DNA from: Actinomycetota bacterium
GTDB lineage: Bacteria > Actinomycetota > Acidimicrobiia > Spongiisociales > UBA4744
Assembly (NCBI GenBank): GCA_013152275.1
Contig: JAADGS010000021.1
Coordinates: forward strand, 1-58,197
DNA: 58,197 nucleotides
Reading direction: 5' to 3'
In this document: positions 29,954 to 37,218 of the stretch, piece by piece
Position numbering within the stretch: the stretch's first letter is position 1
Layout: each line of letters starts with the position of its first letter
The notes under the pieces: generated by a model
The model's input: only the letters and a program-made list of their open reading frames with translations
Databases searched by the model: none
What the model was told of the DNA's origin: nothing
Program-made: the position numbers and the translations under genes

Positions 29954-31819
29954 GTGAATCACACTCATCACGAGGATTTCAGAACGAGGACGGCCGTGCT
30001 CGGCATGCGCATCCTGACGCTGCTGATCTTGGCACTGGTCGTGACCGCGTATCTCAACGGTGTCATCACCGACATCCGGGTCTGGGGACCGGCCATCCTC
30101 ACGGTTCTCGCCGTCGTCCTGTTGACATTGTTGCAGTGGACAAAACTCCAGCATCGCTGGTTGGGGAAGCTGCTGCTGTGGCTCTTCTTCGCCGTCGTCA
30201 TCGCGAGCCTGACCGCAGCCGGAACGATTCCGGAACTCCAGTCTGCGGTCCTCGCGGCCGACCTGGCGGTCGTCGCCCTCTCTGCGGTGATGACCGGCCT
30301 CGTCGCGCACACGATCATCAGCGCTCTCGTCGCGGCCTCCTACTTCGCCGTTGTGCTGACGAGTGGCGAGCATCCGGCGGACATCATCGTTCCCCTGGTC
30401 GCGGTCGCCGGGGTATCGCTGGCCGTCGGCATGCTGACTCGCGGGTTTCGTCGGGAGAGCCGCCTGGCCGCCGAGCGGCTGGCGACCCTCAAGGCCCGCG
30501 AGGTGGACCTTGCAAGGCTGTATGACGTCTCGACCGCCACGTCGGCCGCCGAGACCGTTCAAGAGGCCCTCCCGGTCCTCGTTGGCAGGATCGGCCAGTA
30601 CCTGCATGCGCAGGTGGGTGCTCTGCTGCTGCGGGACCCCAATCGGCCGTGCCTGAACGTCATGAGTCCCATCTGGACGGTCGGGAACGCGTTGGAGGTG
30701 GACGGCTACCAGATCCCGCTTCGCAACGCCGGCGACCTCGAACGCGTGTACATGTCGGGCTCTCCCGCGATCTTCCACGACATCGACAAAGACCCGGATG
30801 TCCATGGACTGCTCGGCGAGCTCGGCGTCCACAACGCTATCGCGGCACCGATGAAAGTGGAGGACCGAACGCTGGGCGTCATGGTGCTGGCAGACAAAGT
30901 GGACGGGACGTTCACCGAAGATGACGTCCAGGCCCTGGTCTCACTCTCCACGCCGACCGCGTTGGCGATCGCCCAACTCGAACGGATCGAAGAAGCGGCG
31001 CAGACCAGCAGGAAGATGGAAGAGCTCGCGGCGATGAAGACGGACTTCGTGTCTGTGGTCAGTCATGAGCTCAGAACGCCGCTCACATCGATCATCGGTT
31101 CACTCGCAACGCTCACACGCCCCGAGTTCCAGCCCACCGACGAGATGGCGCGCGACCTGCTCCACTCTGCACGCTCACAGGCAGCCAGGCTCGGTCGTCT
31201 CATCGAAGATCTCCTGATCGTCTCGCGAATCGAAGGAAGGGCACTTCCGACCCAAGCCGAACGCATCGACCTCCCGACGCTCCTCGCAGCCGCGGTGGCC
31301 GATATCCCCGACACGGAACAAGTGTCGGTCGAGTGCGGGCCGATCTCACTGCGTTCCGATCCCGACCATCTCCAGCGCATCGTCATCAATCTCGTTGAGA
31401 ACGCCCTCCGGTATGCCGGCGACACGGCCGTCGAAGTGACTGCTTCCGAGGACGACGAAGCCGTCACCATCTCCGTCGTCGATCACGGACCCGGCATACC
31501 GGCCGAGCTGCGCGACCGGATCTTCGAGCGCTTCATACAACTCGGCCCGATCTCCACCAGGAAACAGGGAGGAACGGGCCTGGGACTCGCCATCGTTCGC
31601 GGTCTCGTACAGGCGATCGGCGGCACCGTTCATGTCGAAGACACACCCGGTGGCGGCGCAACGTTCCAGGTGCGTATCCCAAAGGCTCCACCGGATGCGC
31701 CATCCGCACGGCGCAAGCACACGACCGACGCGAAACCCCTATTCGGGTCCGGCTGCGATGGCATGGAATCCTCCGTCGACATGGACGAGTTCCCCGGTCG
31801 TCATCGACGTCCAGTCTGA
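29954..31819 (+). CDS. Membrane sensor histidine kinase (TM-GAF-HisKA-HATPase)
   Basis: Several transmembrane helices, a GAF-like region, SHELRTPL, NLVENALRY, DHGPGI, GTGLGL. Start uncertain. Confidence 0.9.
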   Translation: MNHTHHEDFRTRTAVLGMRILTLLILALVVTAYLNGVITDIRVWGPAILTVLAVVLLTLLQWTKLQHRWLGKLLLWLFFAVVIASLTAAGTIPELQSAVLAADLAVVALSAVMTGLVAHTIISALVAASYFAVVLTSGEHPADIIVPLVAVAGVSLAVGMLTRGFRRESRLAAERLATLKAREVDLARLYDVSTATSAAETVQEALPVLVGRIGQYLHAQVGALLLRDPNRPCLNVMSPIWTVGNALEVDGYQIPLRNAGDLERVYMSGSPAIFHDIDKDPDVHGLLGELGVHNAIAAPMKVEDRTLGVMVLADKVDGTFTEDDVQALVSLSTPTALAIAQLERIEEAAQTSRKMEELAAMKTDFVSVVSHELRTPLTSIIGSLATLTRPEFQPTDEMARDLLHSARSQAARLGRLIEDLLIVSRIEGRALPTQAERIDLPTLLAAAVADIPDTEQVSVECGPISLRSDPDHLQRIVINLVENALRYAGDTAVEVTASEDDEAVTISVVDHGPGIPAELRDRIFERFIQLGPISTRKQGGTGLGLAIVRGLVQAIGGTVHVEDTPGGGATFQVRIPKAPPDAPSARRKHTTDAKPLFGSGCDGMESSVDMDEFPGRHRRPV

Positions 31820-32512
31820 CAGCAGCAGGCACACCATTCGTGCCACGGGAGTCGGGTCCTCGACATTCCACGCCAGTGGCGCCCGTTCCTTCCAGACCTC
31901 ATCGAACCTCGCAAAGCCGGGAATCGACCGCGCCGCCACCGTCCCGAGCGGACCTGCGGCAACGGCGTTGACTCGAATCCCCTCCGGGCCGAGATCACGG
32001 GCGAGATACCGGGTCACCGCCTCGAGCGCCGCCTTCGCGACGCCCATCCAGTCATACGCAGGCCAGGCTTGGCGGTTGTCGAAATCGAGTGTGACGAGCG
32101 AACCGCCCGACGGCATGAGCGGTGCGAGACAGGCCGCGATCGTCTTGAAGGAGAAGGCCGACGTCATGAACGCGGTCTGAGCACTTTCGGGCGGGGTGCT
32201 CAGAAACTTGCCGCCGAGCGCATCGTCGGGAGCAAAGGCGATCGCGTGCAGTGCCCCATCGAGGCTTCCCCACCGGGAAGAGATGTCGTCGGCGAGCGCC
32301 GTGACATGGGCGGGATCGTTCACGTCCAACTCGATGACGTCGGGTGGGCTGGGAAGTCGCCGGGCAGACCGCTGCGTGAGCGGAAGCCCGCGACCGAAAC
32401 CGGTGAGCAGCACCTCCGCGCCTTCTTCTTGCGCCACTCGGGCGGTGTGCCACGCGATCGAGTCGTCGGTGAGCACTCCGGTGATGAGAAACCGTTTCCT
32501 TGCCAACAACAT
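31739..32512 (-). CDS. fabI: Enoyl-ACP reductase FabI (InhA-like)
   Basis: ITGVLTDDSIA, HAIAFAP, YDWMGVAKAALE. Confidence 0.95.
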   Translation of the reverse strand: MLLARKRFLITGVLTDDSIAWHTARVAQEEGAEVLLTGFGRGLPLTQRSARRLPSPPDVIELDVNDPAHVTALADDISSRWGSLDGALHAIAFAPDDALGGKFLSTPPESAQTAFMTSAFSFKTIAACLAPLMPSGGSLVTLDFDNRQAWPAYDWMGVAKAALEAVTRYLARDLGPEGIRVNAVAAGPLGTVAARSIPGFARFDEVWKERAPLAWNVEDPTPVARMVCLLLSDWTSMTTGELVHVDGGFHAIAAGPE

Positions 32513-32597
32513 GAGCCCACCTTATTCGACATCTCGTCGCCTCACGGTACTTGGTGCCCGACGCCATGGAGTTGGTTACCTCGCCGGCGATATGCCG

Positions 32598-32867
32598 TCA
32601 CACCAGGTCGACGACCCTTCCACTGGAAATGTCTACGACGAATTCCCGGCCACTTCTCGAATCTGCGATCCACGAGGCGAGCTGCTCGCCCTCGCGTCGA
32701 ACGACCCACCATGCATACTCTTGACGCGTCTGATGGGAAGCACGGGCGGCACGGGCGGCAAGAACCGCTTCGGCTCCGGTGAGAAACGACCCGATAGCCC
32801 TCTCGACGACCAAGCCCGTCGGCAGACCCGCGACCTCCTCTTCAATGTACTCGATGGCCTCGAACAC
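32598..32867 (-). CDS. Hypothetical 89-aa protein (paralog 1)
   Basis: AGGAG Shine-Dalgarno before GTG; about 60% identical to the neighbouring ORF, which supports coding status. Confidence 0.85.
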   Translation of the reverse strand: MFEAIEYIEEEVAGLPTGLVVERAIGSFLTGAEAVLAARAARASHQTRQEYAWWVVRREGEQLASWIADSRSGREFVVDISSGRVVDLV

Positions 32868-32984
32868 GGCAGTCTCCTGACCGCCCCTACTCCGTACCGC
32901 GTCGGCACGCTACAGCACGATGGCAACGATTCCGTGGATTTCGCCGCCCGCCGGGCACGATCTCATGCCGCCGGACGGCTGCAC

Positions 32985-33254
32985 TCAGGAGAGATCGACG
33001 ATCTGCTCCTTCGAGAGGTCCATCACGAATTCACGACCGCTGCGGGAATCTGCGATCCACAAAGCGACTCGCTCACCCTGGCGCCGAACGATCCACCACG
33101 CGTACTCATGACGATCCGCGTAGGCATCACGCGCCGCCCTGGCGGCGGCGATGGCTTCCTTCTCGGCAGCAAACGTCCCGAGGTGTGTTTCGAGCGATAC
33201 GCCGGTCGGAAGCCCATCGACTTCTTCCTCTACGTATTGAACGGCTTCGTACAC
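32985..33254 (-). CDS. Hypothetical 89-aa protein (paralog 2)
   Basis: GAGGAG Shine-Dalgarno before GTG at 33254; aligns without gaps to paralog 1 (EYAWWxVRR, WIADSRSGREFV). Confidence 0.85.
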   Translation of the reverse strand: MYEAVQYVEEEVDGLPTGVSLETHLGTFAAEKEAIAAARAARDAYADRHEYAWWIVRRQGERVALWIADSRSGREFVMDLSKEQIVDLS

Positions 33255-33469
33255 GACCCTCTCCTCAACCAACACTCACCCTCATCAGGGTACCGTATCT
33301 GAACCGGGATGGCTCAGCTTTCGGGCGGGTTCCGTCATGTTCGCCACGGTCTCGACATGACTCATCGGATCCGCCTCCGCGAAGCGTACGGTCACTCCTC
33401 GTGCCCTTTCCCCGAAGCGACGGCGCAAGACACACGATGACGCCCATGTTTCCGGGATGTCCAAGCACA

Positions 33470-33625
33470 AGAAAACCCCGAGGGAGCTTCTGTCGAAACG
33501 TCCGCCCTCTCGGGGTTTCTGTCCCACTGGAACTCCGTTCCCCGAAAGAAACGGTCTCCCGATGGGAGCCCCAAGATGATCTCTCGACCGCCTCGGGTGC
33601 GCTACGAAGTTACCTCCATTGCGCA
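33470..33625 (-). ncRNA. Putative structured small RNA, copy A (~155 nt, four hairpins)
   Basis: Own promoter; hairpins capped by GUAA, GAGA and UUCG; G-U pairs work only on the minus strand; ends in a stem plus UUUUCU. Confidence 0.75.
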
Positions 33626-33630
33626 ACCCC

Positions 33631-33707
33631 ATTATTACCGCCGTCGGCCATCATCTGCAACCCAGAACCTTCTCCAGATTTCGCGACCACGAATCCGGAT
33701 TTCGCGA
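33631..33707 (-). promoter_or_regulatory. Promoter of RNA A: TCGCGA x2, -35 TTGCAG, -10 TAATAAT
   Basis: Boxes at 33681 and 33702; -35 at 33655-33660; -10 at 33631-33637. Confidence 0.7.
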
Positions 33708-33752
33708 CCGGACCCAGGTACCAGGAACGGCCGCGCAGCGGGCCAGGACGCG

Positions 33753-33908
33753 AGAAAACCCCGAGGGAGCTTCTGTCGAAACGTCGGCCCTCTCGGGGTT
33801 TCTGTCCCACTGGAACTCCGTTCCCCGAAAGAAACGGTCTCCCGATGGGAGCCCCAAGATGATCTCTCGACCTTCTCGGGTGCGCTACGAAGTTACCTCC
33901 ATTGCGCG
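33753..33908 (-). ncRNA. Putative structured small RNA, copy B (~155 nt)
   Basis: Copy of A offset by 283 bp, with 3 substitutions over 33753-33907; the fold is preserved. Confidence 0.75.
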
Positions 33909-33913
33909 ACCCC

Positions 33914-33990
33914 ATTATTACCGCCGTCGGCCACCGAACGCAACCCCGAATCCTGCCCGAATTTCGCGACCACGAACCCGAATTTCGCGA
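33914..33990 (-). promoter_or_regulatory. Promoter of RNA B: TCGCGA x2, -35 TTGCGT, -10 TAATAAT
   Basis: Boxes at 33964 and 33985; -35 at 33938-33943; -10 at 33914-33920. Confidence 0.7.
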
Positions 33991-34085
33991 CCACGACATC
34001 CACGACGCGAGAGAACCCCGAATCCTGCCCGAGCTTCGCGACCACGAACCCGGATTTCGCGACCATGACATCCACGACGCGAGAA
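33942..34085. repeat. 72-bp tandem duplication of the upstream TCGCGA box pair
   Basis: 33942-34013 versus 34014-34085, each starting AACCCCGAATCCTGCCCGA. Confidence 0.9.
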
Positions 34086-34495
34086 AACCCCGAAGGAGCC
34101 TCTGTCGAAACGTCAGCCCTCTCGGGGTTTCCCGTCCCGCCGAACCCGGTGTCGAAACACCGGACCGCCGGGCCCGAAGCCGGAAACCAACTCCGGGTGC
34201 CGCAGTCTGCGGTGTCCCACGAACCCTGAGGCCCGTCGGACCACTCTCGCCTTGGCAGAACCGAAGTCCAACCAAAGTCCGAGCGTCGCCCCACTCCGAG
34301 TCGAAACCCGAAGGAAGCCTCCCTCCGTCACCGGAAGGATCCGCTTCCCGATCTGACCGTGAAACCCGAAGGCTTCACGATACGCCTTCTCTCGAAGGAC
34401 GGCCCCTCTCGGGGCACCGACCGGAAAGTCGGCGGATTCGCCGTCCGGTCGCCCGGCCGGCTCACCCTTACTGCATCGAACGTCTCCAACACAGC
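34082..34495 (-). ncRNA. Putative long structured RNA C (~410 nt, about 12 stem-loops)
   Basis: Chain of hairpins with GNRA/UUCG loops on the minus strand; same 3' terminator module as A and B; own promoter. Confidence 0.75.
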
Positions 34496-34501
34496 AACGG
34501 C

Positions 34502-34577
34502 AACTTACGGAAGCCTCCATCAACATGCAAGCGCGAGGCCTGTCTGGTTTTCGCGATCACGAATCGAGTTTTCGCGA
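34502..34577 (-). promoter_or_regulatory. Promoter of RNA C: TCGCGA x2, -35 TTGCAT, 17 bp, -10 TAAGTT
   Basis: Boxes at 34551 and 34572; -35 at 34525-34530; -10 at 34502-34507. Confidence 0.7.
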
Positions 34578-34591
34578 CTCACGCCACGAAG

Positions 34592-34613
34592 TGTCACCCC
34601 CGGTCGCTATGGT
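34592..34613 (+). promoter_or_regulatory. PafBC/RecA-NDp-type promoter (TGTCAC-N10-TATGGT), leaderless
   Basis: Matches the TGTCR-type hexamer-N10-TANNNT geometry; ATG 7 nt downstream. Confidence 0.65.
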
Positions 34614-34620
34614 CGCAACC

Positions 34621-35391
34621 ATGAGTCTCGAAACCCTCTCCCCAAGCAGGGCCGGCGATTTCAAAACGTGTCCCCAGCTGTTCAAGTTTCGCGCAATCGA
34701 CCGGCTTCCGGAACCGACCACCATCTACCAGGCACGAGGCACGACGACCCACCTCGCCTTGGAACGCCTCTACGACCTCCCTGCACCCGAGCGCACCGCA
34801 GAGCGGCTCTATGAGCTGTTTCGGCAGGCGTGGACCGAGCTGCGCGGCCATGAGGAGTACGCCGAACTGTTCGAGGACGGCGACGCCGAGCGCCGCTGGG
34901 GCATGGAGAGCATGGCCTTGCTCGGCAACTACTTCGCCCTCGAGGATCCGACCCGGATATCACCACTGCACCGGGAACTCAAGATGCTCGAGCAGCTCGA
35001 CGGCATGACCATTCGCGGCATCCTCGATCGAATCGACGAGACCGCCGACGGCGACCTCATCATCCTCGACTACAAGACCGGGAAAGCCCCCCCTGAGCGC
35101 TACGCCATGGAAGCGTTCTTCGCACTGAAGATCTACGCGCTCCTCATCCGCAAGCGAACGGGCCGCACGCCGATCGAGGTTCGTCTCCTCTATCTGAACG
35201 GACCCACCATGTACCGGCTCGATATCGACGATCGGAAACTCGATGCAGCGGAGAGTGCGGTCCGTGCACTGTGGGAGCGCATCGACCAGGCGATCGCCGA
35301 AGAACGGTTCCCGCCGAAGCGGGGACCGTTGTGCGACTGGTGCTCATTCAAGAATCGGTGCCCGGCGTGGGTGCAGCCACCGGAAGCCTGA
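34621..35391 (+). CDS. Stand-alone PD-(D/E)XK (RecB-family) nuclease with a 4-Cys Fe-S motif, similar to the actinobacterial Rv2119 family
   Basis: LSPSRAGDFKTCP...RGILDRID...ILDYKTG...LCDWCSFKNRCP. Confidence 0.88.
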   Translation: MSLETLSPSRAGDFKTCPQLFKFRAIDRLPEPTTIYQARGTTTHLALERLYDLPAPERTAERLYELFRQAWTELRGHEEYAELFEDGDAERRWGMESMALLGNYFALEDPTRISPLHRELKMLEQLDGMTIRGILDRIDETADGDLIILDYKTGKAPPERYAMEAFFALKIYALLIRKRTGRTPIEVRLLYLNGPTMYRLDIDDRKLDAAESAVRALWERIDQAIAEERFPPKRGPLCDWCSFKNRCPAWVQPPEA

Positions 35392-35397
35392 GGCCGC

Positions 35398-36681
35398 CTA
35401 CGGGTAGACGCCGCGAGCCAGTTTCGCCTCGGCCACCCTGTGTACACCTTTGATGAGTGCTGCGGTGCGCATGTCGACGTTCCGTTTGATGCTGACGGAC
35501 AGCACCTCGTCGAACGCCCTGTTCATGATCTCGCGCAGCCGTGCCACCGTCTCGTTCTCGGTCCAGAAGTAGTTCTGCAAATCCTGAACCCACTCGAAAT
35601 AGGAGACGGTGACCCCGCCGGCGTTGGCAAGGACGTCCGGAATGAGGAACACCCCTTTGTCCGCGAGGATCTCGTCGGCCTCCATGGTCGTCGGGCCGTT
35701 GGCTCCCTCGGCAACGATCCGTGCCTGAACCCTCTCGGCGTTGCCCTTGTGGATCACACCGGCGACTGCAGCAGGAATGAGGATCTCACATGGCAGTTCG
35801 ACCAACTCCGCGTTGCCGATCGGATCTGCATCCGGATACCCGTCGAGAAACCCGTGTTCATCGACCCAACGCGCAACCTTGCCGATTTCGAGCCCGTTCG
35901 GATCGTAAATCCCGCCGTGAATGTCCGAGACGGCGACGACCGCACATCCCAGCTCTGCGGCGGCGATCGCCGCGTAGCGTCCGACGTTGCCGAAGCCTTG
36001 GACGATCACCCGGGCGTTCGAGAGGTTCAGGCCGATGTGATTGGCCGCCGAGGGAAGCAGGCTGACGACGCCGCGGCCCGTCGCCTCTCTTCGGGCAACC
36101 GACCCGCCGAGCGACGGTGGCTTCCCGGTGACGACCGCAGGTTCCGTATGACCCACCTCCTGGCTGTACGTGTCCATGATCCAGGCCATCGTCTGCTCAT
36201 TGGTCCCCATGTCCGGAGCGGGGATGTCCTTGTTGGGCCCGATGAAATTGATCACTTCGACCGTGTACCGCCTGGTAACCCGCTGAAGCTCCGGAAAGCT
36301 CAGCTCCAACGGATTGACGCGAACGCCACCTTTGGCACCCCCGAACGGCAATCCGACGATCGACGTCTTCCAGGTCATGAGCATGGCAAGGGCGGCAACC
36401 TCACCCAGGTTCACATCCGGCGCGTACCGGATCCCACCCTTCGTCGGTCCCATCGTCAACACATGCTGGACCCGGTACCCGAAGAGGGTCTCTACATCGG
36501 AGTACTTGTCCCTCCGGTAGGGAAATGTCACGACAAGCGACCGCTGCGGGTATCTGAGGCGTTGCCAGACGTTACGGTCCAAATCCATGATCTCCGCGAC
36601 ACGGTCGAACTGTGCGACCGCCTCGCGATACATCTGCGATTCCCACTCCCGCGCCTCGACGCCCTTTGAAATGCTTTCCAT
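35398..36681 (-). CDS. gdhA: Glu/Leu/Phe/Val dehydrogenase (glutamate dehydrogenase type)
   Basis: GPTKGGIRY, FGGAKGG, PAPDMGT, QGFGNVG, EGANGP, ANAGGVTVSYFEWVQ. Confidence 0.93.
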   Translation of the reverse strand: MESISKGVEAREWESQMYREAVAQFDRVAEIMDLDRNVWQRLRYPQRSLVVTFPYRRDKYSDVETLFGYRVQHVLTMGPTKGGIRYAPDVNLGEVAALAMLMTWKTSIVGLPFGGAKGGVRVNPLELSFPELQRVTRRYTVEVINFIGPNKDIPAPDMGTNEQTMAWIMDTYSQEVGHTEPAVVTGKPPSLGGSVARREATGRGVVSLLPSAANHIGLNLSNARVIVQGFGNVGRYAAIAAAELGCAVVAVSDIHGGIYDPNGLEIGKVARWVDEHGFLDGYPDADPIGNAELVELPCEILIPAAVAGVIHKGNAERVQARIVAEGANGPTTMEADEILADKGVFLIPDVLANAGGVTVSYFEWVQDLQNYFWTENETVARLREIMNRAFDEVLSVSIKRNVDMRTAALIKGVHRVAEAKLARGVYP

Positions 36682-36716
36682 ACGCCTCCTGGGATACCAC
36701 AATCTACACCGAACGC

Positions 36717-37160
36717 ATGCCTGCGAACCAACACCCCATCGTCTACACCATCGGTCACGGCACCAAGGACTTTCACGCCATCGCCGCCGTGCTGGACAAC
36801 TATCGAATCGCGACGTTGATCGACGTTCGATCTCGCCCCTATTCGCGGCATGCTCCCGATTTCCGCAGAGAGACACTGTCTCCTCTCGCTCGGACGGCCG
36901 GCTTCGGATACCGGTGGTTCGGTAACACGCTGGGAGGCCTCGACGAGACACCGCACCCCGCCTCGTTTCTGGCCTCCATCACCCAGGTGATCTCGCTCGC
37001 ACGAACTGCCCCCGTCGCCCTCCTCTGCGCAGAGGGAGAACCCACCGGTTGTCACCGCTCGACCTTGCTCGCACCAAGGCTCGAAGACATGGGGGCGCGC
37101 GTGGTGCACATCCTGCCCGACGGGTCGGCAAGACCACACCAGCCGACGCTCGGGTTCTGA
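36717..37160 (+). CDS. DUF488 family protein
   Basis: YTIGH, LIDVRSRPYS, LLCAE...CHR. Confidence 0.88.
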   Translation: MPANQHPIVYTIGHGTKDFHAIAAVLDNYRIATLIDVRSRPYSRHAPDFRRETLSPLARTAGFGYRWFGNTLGGLDETPHPASFLASITQVISLARTAPVALLCAEGEPTGCHRSTLLAPRLEDMGARVVHILPDGSARPHQPTLGF

Positions 37161-37189
37161 GAGTCTCGGGCTCGGGCTTCTCAACGATG

Positions 37190-37211
37190 TGTCACACCCG
37201 ACCCCTAGCCT
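37190..37211 (+). promoter_or_regulatory. PafBC/RecA-NDp-type promoter (TGTCAC-N10-TAGCCT), leaderless
   Basis: Same geometry as 34592-34613; ATG 7 nt downstream at 37219. Confidence 0.7.
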
Positions 37212-37218
37212 GTCGGGT

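Noticed and set aside
33489..33502. CGAAACGTC as half of a hammerhead ribozyme core
   Set aside because: There is no CTGANGA box at the required position, and the G-U pairing pattern favours the opposite strand.
34082..34495. RNase P, tmRNA, SRP or 6S identity for RNA C
   Set aside because: I find no GAGGAAAGUCC P4 motif, tRNA-like ends, SRP domain IV motif or single long rod with a central bubble. Ms1 cannot be excluded without a covariance search.
33470..34577. CRISPR array next to a Cas4-like gene
   Set aside because: Units are 155-410 nt with their own promoters and terminators. The sequence between the shared modules in A and B is duplicated, not a unique spacer, and there is no cas1, cas2 or effector gene in the window.
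33185..34624. Overlapping ORFs of 60-240 aa in the ORF track across the RNA array
   Set aside because: They have no recognisable domains or ribosome-binding sites and simply translate the nucleotide repeats; long open frames are common at this GC content.
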